A DNA stretch of 20,432 nt from Planctomycetota bacterium (GTDB lineage Bacteria; Planctomycetota; SZUA-567; H5-PLA8): positions 1-20,432 of the forward strand of contig BTVV01000111.1 of NCBI GenBank assembly GCA_045863855.1, in the 5' to 3' direction. This document shows, in pieces, positions 1 to 7,727 of this stretch. Position 1 is the stretch's first letter; each line of letters opens with the position of its first letter. The notes under the pieces are model-generated. The model worked only from the letters and a program-made list of their open reading frames with translations, was not told the origin of the DNA and searched no databases. The position numbers were made by a program, and so were the translations under genes.

Positions 1-79
1 GCGTTGGCTCCCCCCCGGGTGCCCCCCCCCCCCCCGCCGGGGCGGGCCGGGGGGTTCCCGGGGCCGGCACCGCAGCCGG

Positions 80-637
80 TTACTCAGCCTTGCCCGAACC
101 CGTCAGTTCCATGACCATTTGAGTCGTCATCTTCGTGCCGCCGACGTCCATTTCGGTGGCCATCTCCATCTTGACCAGACCGCCCAGCGGAACGTCCTTG
201 CTGGTCCAGATCTTGGCGTTGTTGACCGTCGCGACGCCGTTCACTTCGGCGCTGATCTTGTACTTTACCCAGTTGCAGGCGTAGGACTTTTCGCCGGCCT
301 TGGCGTCTTCCTTGCCTTCTTCGAGCTTTTCGACCTTGGCGTTGGGCATCTCCGGCACGCCGGTCCATTCCTTCGTCAGGTCGATCTTCTGTTCGGAATC
401 GTACGACTGGCCGGCGGCTTCGGTGGTGACCTTCAGGGTCACGGAAGTCTCGTCCTTGGCCGTGACCACCTGCTTCATCGGATTTTCCATCTTCTGGCCG
501 GTGGGCAGACTGACGGTGTTCTTATACGACACCCAGTCGCCGACCTTGGCCGTCTTGTACGGATGATCTTCCGCGCCCTGCGCCGTGGCTGCCACCAGCA
601 GCGCCACGCCTAATACCCACGACCAATTCCGCTTCAT
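80..637 (-). CDS. Exported beta-rich hypothetical protein (signal peptide)
   Basis: ATG at 637 preceded by GAGGAG. N-terminus MKRNWSWVLGVALLVAATAQGA looks like a Sec signal. Mature part 'HPYKTAKVGDWVSYK...KIWTSKDVPLGGLVKME' resembles uncharacterised planctomycete proteins (recognition from memory). Confidence 0.85.
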   Translation of the reverse strand: MKRNWSWVLGVALLVAATAQGAEDHPYKTAKVGDWVSYKNTVSLPTGQKMENPMKQVVTAKDETSVTLKVTTEAAGQSYDSEQKIDLTKEWTGVPEMPNAKVEKLEEGKEDAKAGEKSYACNWVKYKISAEVNGVATVNNAKIWTSKDVPLGGLVKMEMATEMDVGGTKMTTQMVMELTGSGKAE

Positions 638-688
638 TTCAGGCTCCTCGCTTGCACCGCCCGCCACGCCCGCCGCTCCAGCGGCCGG

Positions 689-1642
689 TCACCAGGCGAA
701 CGGAATGGGGTTGCTCCAGGCCTTGCGCCCGGCATGGTCCAGAATCTCGACACGCACGTATCGACAGCCGGGGCGCACGACGAACGAACCTTCGGCGATC
801 GTCGCTCCGCCGCGCGCCGCTTCCGGATCGGGCTCGCAGCACGAACCGCTCACGTCGGAGACGAAGAAGATTTCGCGCACGGGGGAAGTCCGCACCGTGA
901 TGCGGTGCGTCGCGACCTGCGGCTTGCCGTTGCCGCCCAGCACCGCGTCCTCGATTTCGAGCGCGAGGATTTCCGGCCCGCTGGAACTGTAGTTCATCCC
1001 GGCGCGCAGCGCTTCGATGGCGGCTTCGCGGGAGCGCTCTTCGGTGCGGATCCAAGTCCACCCGCCGTAGGTATCCGAAGCGCCGCCCGGGCCGTGGCAG
1101 TCGTCGGTCGCGATACACGGGCAGACACCGGACTGCGCCAGGAGGTCGTCCCACTGCGCGCCGCTGTCGGGGCGTCCCGCATCGCGGCAGCCGTGGTTGT
1201 AAACCTCGAAGCCCGTGTACCCGCTCAGCGGTTCGAAGTCGCGGAGCTTGTGTTTGCACCAATACGGATGCGCGAAGTAGACCAGCCCCCCGCGTCCCGT
1301 CACCTCGTCGATCACTTCCTGCGGATGCGCCGCCGTCCGCGCATCGCGGGCTTGTTCGACGTTCAGGCAGACGAGGTGGTAGCGGTCGCCCCCGAAAGGG
1401 TTGCCGGGGTGCAGTTCCGCGCCCGGCAGGACCACGAACCCCGGCGGCGTCTGGAGACCCTTCAGGTCGGTAATGGCGTGGTGATCGGTGATGGCCAGGA
1501 CATCCCAGCCGGCTGCGGCGTATTCGTTGACGCGTGTCTGTAAGTCGACGCGCCCGTCACTATGAGTGGTGTGCGCATGCAGATTCGCTTTGCGCCACGC
1601 ACCCGGTGCCTTGAACGGATTTCGCCAGCCAGGGGCAAGCAT
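689..1642 (-). CDS. PHP-domain metallohydrolase (CehA/McbA-like)
   Basis: PHP motifs NLHAHTTHSDG, AITDHH, GAE, AHPYW, EVYN and ATDDCH. GAGGA upstream of the ATG. Confidence 0.9.
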   Translation of the reverse strand: MLAPGWRNPFKAPGAWRKANLHAHTTHSDGRVDLQTRVNEYAAAGWDVLAITDHHAITDLKGLQTPPGFVVLPGAELHPGNPFGGDRYHLVCLNVEQARDARTAAHPQEVIDEVTGRGGLVYFAHPYWCKHKLRDFEPLSGYTGFEVYNHGCRDAGRPDSGAQWDDLLAQSGVCPCIATDDCHGPGGASDTYGGWTWIRTEERSREAAIEALRAGMNYSSSGPEILALEIEDAVLGGNGKPQVATHRITVRTSPVREIFFVSDVSGSCCEPDPEAARGGATIAEGSFVVRPGCRYVRVEILDHAGRKAWSNPIPFAW

Positions 1643-1752
1643 GGGTATCGATCCTCGCGAGGAATGCGCCCCATCTTAGGCGTGCGGTCCGGCGCGTCAC
1701 CTTCAGATTGCACGGCGTCCCGATGGCATGCAGGACGGTGTGCCGGCGCCGC

Positions 1753-2595
1753 TTATTCGCGAGAAGCGTTGCGGTCGCGGGGCGGGGGAAGAGTTTCTTC
1801 TTCGCGAGGCGTGTAGAAGCGGTTTTGGGCGGTGGGTTCGCCGCTCTTGGTTTCGCGTTCGGGCACTTGATCCTGCGTGGGCGCGGAGGCTTCCAGGCCG
1901 GCCTCGACGGGCGCAGCCGGCGCATTGGGCGCATTCGGTTCCACCAATTGAGGCGGCGCAACTTCAAGGCCCTGAACGCCTTGCGCGCTTCCGGCCACGG
2001 CGTTGCGTTGTTCGTCCTGCCACCACTGGCGCCAGGATTCGATCGACTTCACGCGCGCCAAATCGCCGCCCGACGGATCGAAGCCCATGTCGCGGCCGGT
2101 GACGAGTTTGAGCTTCTTGAAGGCCGATTCGCGCATTCCAAACTCTTCGTCGCCCAGCACTTCGATCAAATCGCCTACGCTTTCCTTGCCCCCGTAGGTC
2201 ATGGTCAGACGCAGCGCGGGCGCACGAACCTCGATGCGCGGATCTTTAAGCAACAGCCGCACCTTGCGCACGATGATCTCGGCTACGCCTTGCTTTTGCG
2301 CCCAATAGTGAAGTTCGTCTTCGGCAGGAATGACGTACGCAAGTTCTTTGCGCTGGAGCTGGTCGATGAGGAGATCGATGGCCTGATCCGGCGCCATGTC
2401 GTCGCCGATGGGCTCGGCCTTGCGGACGGCTTTGCTGTCCTTGGTGCGGCTCTTGTCGCCGAAGCCGGAGTAGGTATCTTCCGCGTAGGGCTTATTCAGC
2501 GCCTTCTTGGCGGCTTTGGTGGAGCAACCGGGGCAGACTATCAGCATCGCGCCCATCAGCACGCCGATTCCGATCGCTTCGGAAAGCCGCTCCAT
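1753..2595 (-). CDS. Putative lipoprotein with HEAT-like repeats and a low-complexity C-terminal tail
   Basis: Hydrophobic N-terminus ending in 'CPGC'. HEAT-like units 'LLLKDPRIEVRAPALRL' and 'LIEVLGDEEFGMRESAFKKLKLVTG', then 'WRQWWQ'. AGGGAG upstream. Confidence 0.75.
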   Translation of the reverse strand: MERLSEAIGIGVLMGAMLIVCPGCSTKAAKKALNKPYAEDTYSGFGDKSRTKDSKAVRKAEPIGDDMAPDQAIDLLIDQLQRKELAYVIPAEDELHYWAQKQGVAEIIVRKVRLLLKDPRIEVRAPALRLTMTYGGKESVGDLIEVLGDEEFGMRESAFKKLKLVTGRDMGFDPSGGDLARVKSIESWRQWWQDEQRNAVAGSAQGVQGLEVAPPQLVEPNAPNAPAAPVEAGLEASAPTQDQVPERETKSGEPTAQNRFYTPREEETLPPPRDRNASRE

Positions 2596-2841
2596 GAAAC
2601 CATTCTCCCTAGTACTCGTAAGACGAAACAGGTCAAGCTTTTGTTAGTATGCCAGAAACCCGGCGCAACTCAACTCAGAAGAATGCATCCAACTGGGACG
2701 CTTGGCGAGGCCGTTCCGGGACTCCAAACCTGGAACGAAGCGCTAAAACAAGCGATTCCCGCGGCATGACGTTTTCAATTGCATTTCGGCGCGCGCGCAT
2801 CCAGATTGCCTCTATATCTTATGCAATCCGGAGTTATGCCG

Positions 2842-3234
2842 ATGGAATGGAGCATTACGTACCGTCCCGACCAACCTTTTGTGCGCATCGTGACGCACGG
2901 TTCGTTCAAACCCGAAGATCAGCGCCGGATGATCGAAGCCATCCTCGCCAGCCCGTTCTGGCAACCCGGGATGCATACCCTATTCGACCATCGAGATCTG
3001 GATTTCCGCGGCACGGATTACGCCGGGATGATGCAGGCCCGCGGCAACCACCTTCGGAATAACGAACGTATCGGAGACGGCAAAGCCGCGCTGTTGATGG
3101 GCACGATGGACGCGTTCGGAGTCGCGCGGCAGTTCGAGATGCTCTCCGAAGGCCAGGTGCTTGCGCGCTTGCGCGTCTTCAAGGACGAAGCCGAGGCGCT
3201 GGCCTGGCTGACCGAAGCGCCGCCGGATCAATAA
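2842..3234 (+). CDS. STAS/SEC14 (SpoIIAA-like) small hypothetical protein
   Basis: GGAG at 2830-2833 before ATG 2842 (alternative ATG 2836). Pattern 'LFDHRDLDF...KAALLM...RVFKDEAEALAWL' is typical of SpoIIAA-like proteins. Confidence 0.7.
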   Translation: MEWSITYRPDQPFVRIVTHGSFKPEDQRRMIEAILASPFWQPGMHTLFDHRDLDFRGTDYAGMMQARGNHLRNNERIGDGKAALLMGTMDAFGVARQFEMLSEGQVLARLRVFKDEAEALAWLTEAPPDQ

Positions 3235-3235
3235 C

Positions 3236-5263
3236 TCAGCGCACCCGGAACGCCAAGTAGCGCGGCGATTCCTCCATCCTGAAGCGGACCTGTTTGGCAT
3301 CGGCGTCGTATTCGAACGGCAACGCGTCGAAGCTCCGCAGCGGCGAGAGCGGGAGCACTTCGGTCGGCGCGGCCTCGCAGGCGAGCGTCACCGCCAACCC
3401 GCGCAGTGTTTGCTGCGGGTCGAGGTTCAACACGTGTACGATGCGCGAGCCGTTGGGTGCGGCCACCGCTTCGGCCAGCGGGCGTCCCGACTGAGTTTGG
3501 ATGCTCCAAGGCGGAGTGCCGGCGACATGGTGCAGCGCTCCGAGCAGCGCTTCGGCGTTCCCGACGCTCGCCCAATACTTATTGAATACGTACCAGACGT
3601 CCGGGGAGGCGGCAGGCTGCGCCGCGTGCGCCAGCTCGGGCAAGTAGGCCACACGCCCATCGCCGTATTGAACGTGAACTGAGCTGGGCCACGCCGGTCC
3701 GAAAAGCTCGGCCAGCGCCGAGCGCGGCCGGCGCCTTCGCCAGGCATCGTACTGAGCGGTCTGTTCGGTGAGCAACAGGCCGCCGCCGCGCTCGACATAC
3801 GACTTCAAGCGCGCGCAGATCTCGTCGCTGAGGCATTCGGCGTTGGCCAGCACCACGGCGGCGTAGCGCTCCAACTCGGGAAGCTGCGTTGCGAATAACA
3901 GGTCGAAAGGAATGTTACGCTCGATCAGCGTCTGTTCGACGTTGAGCTGGCTGAGGTGCGTCTCGAGACTGTTCCAGGTGAGGCTGGGCGTATCGCGGAA
4001 GACGGCGATGCGAGCGAGGCTGCGCGTCTGCAGAAACAGTTCTTCGCGATGGCGGCGGTAGAACTCTATGTAGGCCTTGGCAAGCCGCGCGTTCTCGTCC
4101 CGCTCGGCGCTGAGCGATCCGCCCGGCGCCCAGAAGCCGTGCAGCGGATGCCCGAAGTGCCCCAGCCCCTTGGGGTTGAACGCGAGATTCTCGGCCAGGT
4201 TCAGTTCGTACTCGGCGCCGGCTCCATGGTGGTAGGTCTGAATGGCGACGTCGAAGGCGCGCGCGGTCTTGAAGGTGCGCGTGCGGGTGATCGCCGCGCC
4301 CAGTTCGTTGAAGGCGCCCGTGCGGTGCGGTTCTTCGCTGAACGCATAATCGAGATGCGGGAGCTGTGCGTTGTAGTCGATGCCGTGCAGGTAGCCGGTG
4401 TTCTCGCCGTGCGCCTTAAAGAGATTGGCTTCGACGGCGCAATCGGGATTCTTGCGCTGAATGAACTTGGAGAGCCGCTCGAGGCACCGGGTGAGGCTCA
4501 GCACCTTGAAGCGAACCCACTCCTGCTGGTGCGGAACCTGTATGTGGCGTTGCTGCACGGCCTGATTCCAGCGGTTGAAGAGCGGCGGGCGGAGGTGCGT
4601 GAAACTGTTGTGCCCGAAGCGCGCGATCCCTGCCGCGCGCGTGTCCTCTTCCTGCGGGCCGTATGCTTCGCGCAGCATCTCGCGGAAAGCCGCCACGCAA
4701 ACCGGACAGTGGCAGGTGTCGGGTTCGGCGTTGAAGCCGATGTTGTCGAAGTGAATCATATCGGAGCCGGCTTCGATGGCCGCTCCGCAGACGCGCTCCA
4801 TGTAGCGCAAATAGCCTTCGCAGTTGTAGCAAGGGCGCACGCGGAAACATTGGTATGAGGTCTGGCAGCTCGGCGGCTGTCCGTCCTGGTTGATTTGAAG
4901 CCAGTTCTGCGCTTCGGGTTCTTCGCTCAGGAGCGTTTCGGGCGTCAGCGAACCCAGCGTCACGTACGCGGCGACTTTGATGCCGCGTTCGTGCGCACGG
5001 CGGATGTAATCGGCCGTTCGTTCCATCTCATCGGCTTCGAATTCCAGCCCAAAGCCCTTGAAGTAGTGGATCCAGACCAGGTTGATTCCGGCGGCGGCGA
5101 GCGCGTCGAGCGATTCGTCGGAGTGTGCGCGTTCGTACTCGGCCTCCAGTTCCGTGGATTGGCCGCCGCGGTACTTAAGGAAGTACAACGGCTCCCAGAA
5201 TCCGACGGAAACGAGGCCGGTGGTGCGCAGCCAAGCGGGTTTGGCTTTAAGCGGTTCGGGCAT
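3236..5263 (-). CDS. Putative glycoside hydrolase (TIM-barrel-like) with GH42-type trimerisation / GATase-like domain
   Basis: AGGAG before ATG 5263. Barrel-like 'AHERGIKVAAYV' and 'IHFDN', Cys cluster 'CHCPVC...FREML', and C-terminal 'YAAVVLANAECLSD...YVERGGGLLLT'. No signal peptide. Confidence 0.75.
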   Translation of the reverse strand: MPEPLKAKPAWLRTTGLVSVGFWEPLYFLKYRGGQSTELEAEYERAHSDESLDALAAAGINLVWIHYFKGFGLEFEADEMERTADYIRRAHERGIKVAAYVTLGSLTPETLLSEEPEAQNWLQINQDGQPPSCQTSYQCFRVRPCYNCEGYLRYMERVCGAAIEAGSDMIHFDNIGFNAEPDTCHCPVCVAAFREMLREAYGPQEEDTRAAGIARFGHNSFTHLRPPLFNRWNQAVQQRHIQVPHQQEWVRFKVLSLTRCLERLSKFIQRKNPDCAVEANLFKAHGENTGYLHGIDYNAQLPHLDYAFSEEPHRTGAFNELGAAITRTRTFKTARAFDVAIQTYHHGAGAEYELNLAENLAFNPKGLGHFGHPLHGFWAPGGSLSAERDENARLAKAYIEFYRRHREELFLQTRSLARIAVFRDTPSLTWNSLETHLSQLNVEQTLIERNIPFDLLFATQLPELERYAAVVLANAECLSDEICARLKSYVERGGGLLLTEQTAQYDAWRRRRPRSALAELFGPAWPSSVHVQYGDGRVAYLPELAHAAQPAASPDVWYVFNKYWASVGNAEALLGALHHVAGTPPWSIQTQSGRPLAEAVAAPNGSRIVHVLNLDPQQTLRGLAVTLACEAAPTEVLPLSPLRSFDALPFEYDADAKQVRFRMEESPRYLAFRVR

Positions 5264-5416
5264 GGGGCGACTCCTGAGCAGGGAAAGCCCGCACACTCTA
5301 GGGAGTTGAAAATTTCCCGCAAGCGGCGAGGAGCATTGCTTCCCGAATTGAAGTAAAGGCGGGGCGAAAAACAGGTAACATCGTGCGGAGCGCGCTGTTG
5401 GAATGGAGCGGGATGC

Positions 5417-5923
5417 ATGGCCGTCTCACCCGAAGACGACGCTCGAATCGAAAAAGCCTTGGAGCAGCTACGCATTCTTGCGGCGGCGCTGGTGATGGGC
5501 GTGGCAACCTTTACGGCTATCGTACTCTTGGTGCCCTTCCACGGCGGGCAGGCCGAAGCACCCCCGCAGCCCCTGCTACCGATCCCCTTGCCGGCGCTGG
5601 GCCTGCTGATCGGCCTTGGGCCGCTGACCGGTTCGTTCATCCTCAAATCGGTGCTGTTGAAGCCGGCGTGCTTCGTGCCATTGGCTCCGGAAGCGCGCCT
5701 CGATGCGTTTCTAACCAAGTACCGCCAAGCGACGATCACGGCGCTGGCGCTATGCGAGGGTGCGGCGTTTATGGTGCTGGTCTTCACCATAGTAGATGCA
5801 TCGGCGCCCAAAACGTGGGTCTTGGCGGCGGGGTTGCCGATGCTGGGGATGTTCTTCCATTTTCCCACGCGGCTGGCGGTGGATGGCCGGTTGGACGAGA
5901 TCGCGGCGCAGGCCCGGGAATAG
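5417..5923 (+). CDS. Hypothetical membrane protein (about 4 TM segments)
   Basis: Four hydrophobic stretches, 'ALALCEGAAF' and 'FFHFPT'. GGAG upstream of the ATG. Confidence 0.8.
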   Translation: MAVSPEDDARIEKALEQLRILAAALVMGVATFTAIVLLVPFHGGQAEAPPQPLLPIPLPALGLLIGLGPLTGSFILKSVLLKPACFVPLAPEARLDAFLTKYRQATITALALCEGAAFMVLVFTIVDASAPKTWVLAAGLPMLGMFFHFPTRLAVDGRLDEIAAQARE

Positions 5924-6050
5924 CGCTTTTCCGGAGGCATTTTCGCGTTTTTCACGCTACTCGAACCGGAAAGTCGGGCACAATGAGCGCTTGCTTGCCG
6001 CAACTGCTGCGCGCTTCGGGGGGGTGGACTTCCGACGCGAGGTCAGGACG

Positions 6051-7232
6051 ATGGGTAGCGGAAGATGCGCGCCAATAGGCGCGTGGTTGGGCATCGTGGG
6101 CGTATTCATGACGATGGGCGCGCAGGCCGGCACCGTGCTGCAGGACGACTTCGAAGAACTGCCTTACGCCAGAGGCTGGACCTACGAAAAAGGTTCGCCT
6201 CAGGAAGAACCGTGGAGCGGCGACTTCGCCGCAGCCGGGTCGCACAGCCTAAAGGCGGCCGGCGGCCAATGGTTCAGCCCGCCGTTCCTGGTCAAACCGT
6301 TCCAGTGGTATCGCGTGAGCTTCCAGACGCGTGCGGCGAAGCCGGGCCTGTGGGCGGCGTTGTTTCAGGACCGCGAAAACGCGGAACTTCCCGACCACTA
6401 TTCTCAATTCGACGCCGGCGACACCTGGGTACGGCACGAATTCTGCTTCCGCGCCAAGGCGCTGGCGCGCAGTTGCCGCATCATGCTCACGGCGGCCGAA
6501 AACGGCGTGGCCTACTTCGACGCATTCGAGGTCCGCACCGCCGAACGTTCGGACGTGGCCGCTTGGTCCGATGCGGTCTACGCCACCGTCCCGCCGCTAC
6601 GCGCCACCTCGCCGGCCGACCGTTGGTCGCTCCTGCCGAACACGAAGCGGATGCTCGACGAGGCCAAGCCATTGCGCGTGGTCATGCTGGGCGACAGCAT
6701 CATCAACGACACGGGTTCGAGCCCCTGGGAACTGCTGGTCGAGCGCGAGTGGGAAGACGCGCGGATCGAGGTGGTCACCAGCGTGCGCGGCGGCACGGGG
6801 TGTTGGTGGTATCGGGAAGAGAACCGGATCAAGAGTTACGTGCTCGACCATAAGCCCGATTTGCTGATCGTCGGCGGCATCAGCCAAAAGGGAGACTTGG
6901 CGTCGATCCAAGCGGTGATCGATCAGGTGCGCGCCGCGCGGCCGCAGCAGGAGATCCTACTGATGACCGGCCCGGTGGGCTTTTACGGCGATCCGCGTCG
7001 GCCGCCGCCCGAGCCTAAACCCGGCGTGATGCCCAGCCCCGAGTACATCCAGAAGCTCGCGGCGCTGGCCGCCGAACAAGGCTGCGGCTTTTACGATATG
7101 GAAACGCTTTGGAAGACCTACATCGGTTCGAGCGAGAAGCCCTACGAGTATTTCCTGCGCGATCCGGTGCACGCCAACGACCGCGGCCGCGCGGTGCTGG
7201 CCCGGCTGATGGAATCGTTCTTCAAGAGCTGA
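6051..7232 (+). CDS. Exported SGNH/GDSL-family hydrolase with N-terminal CBM-like domain
   Basis: Signal-like N-terminus ending AQA. Block I 'VMLGDSI', block II 'GGTG', block V 'DPVH'. N-terminal aromatic beta-domain. Start chosen at ATG 6051 after GAGG/AGGA. Confidence 0.8.
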   Translation: MGSGRCAPIGAWLGIVGVFMTMGAQAGTVLQDDFEELPYARGWTYEKGSPQEEPWSGDFAAAGSHSLKAAGGQWFSPPFLVKPFQWYRVSFQTRAAKPGLWAALFQDRENAELPDHYSQFDAGDTWVRHEFCFRAKALARSCRIMLTAAENGVAYFDAFEVRTAERSDVAAWSDAVYATVPPLRATSPADRWSLLPNTKRMLDEAKPLRVVMLGDSIINDTGSSPWELLVEREWEDARIEVVTSVRGGTGCWWYREENRIKSYVLDHKPDLLIVGGISQKGDLASIQAVIDQVRAARPQQEILLMTGPVGFYGDPRRPPPEPKPGVMPSPEYIQKLAALAAEQGCGFYDMETLWKTYIGSSEKPYEYFLRDPVHANDRGRAVLARLMESFFKS

Positions 7233-7244
7233 CGGCACAGGCAA

Positions 7245-7709
7245 CTACGGTTTCGGCAAGATGCCCGTGAACGTGGCCGCCACGGCGGCCAGGATGTACG
7301 CGGGCACGGCCAGCATGCCAGTGACCAGCCCGCCCAACGCGCTGTACGCCCACAGCGAGACGATCGTCGAAAGCGCGTCCAGGTTCGAGCCCTGCCGGCC
7401 CGAGCGCAAATCCACGCAAGCCCAAAGCCCCGCCGCCAACTGGCCCCCCAGCATCACGAAGAGCGCCCAGAATGCGAACAGCGGCACCAGCGGGTTCGGG
7501 TTGCGGTCGACTTCGTATTGCCGGTAGCAGAATCCGAAGAGCAGCATGACGGGAGCGAAGCTGAAGAAGATCGCCCACAGGTCGGCGATGCGGAACTGGA
7601 CTTTATGCCCGGAGCGGCGCAACTCGGGCCAGACCATCCGGCCGACGCCGTAGGCCGTGCCGCCTACTGCTCCGGTCCAGAACAGCATGAAGATGAAATA
7701 GAGCGCCAT
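7245..7709 (-). CDS. Hypothetical membrane protein
   Basis: Four hydrophobic segments. GGAG 5 nt before the ATG. Begins 18 nt after the gyrA stop on the same strand. Confidence 0.7.
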   Translation of the reverse strand: MALYFIFMLFWTGAVGGTAYGVGRMVWPELRRSGHKVQFRIADLWAIFFSFAPVMLLFGFCYRQYEVDRNPNPLVPLFAFWALFVMLGGQLAAGLWACVDLRSGRQGSNLDALSTIVSLWAYSALGGLVTGMLAVPAYILAAVAATFTGILPKP

Positions 7710-7727
7710 ACGCGCTCCGCCGGAGCC

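Noticed and set aside
1..70. G/C homopolymer-rich start (possible G-quadruplex or repeat)
   Set aside because: It lies at the window edge and is unlike the rest of the sequence, so it is most likely low-quality contig-end sequence.
1708..2769. 353-aa plus-strand ORF, and similar long ORFs at 734-1543, 3956-4858 and 17531-18565
   Set aside because: All are antisense to well-supported genes and lack motifs.
5796..6050. N-terminal extension of the SGNH ORF
   Set aside because: It overlaps the upstream membrane-protein gene, and the signal peptide and RBS point to ATG 6051.
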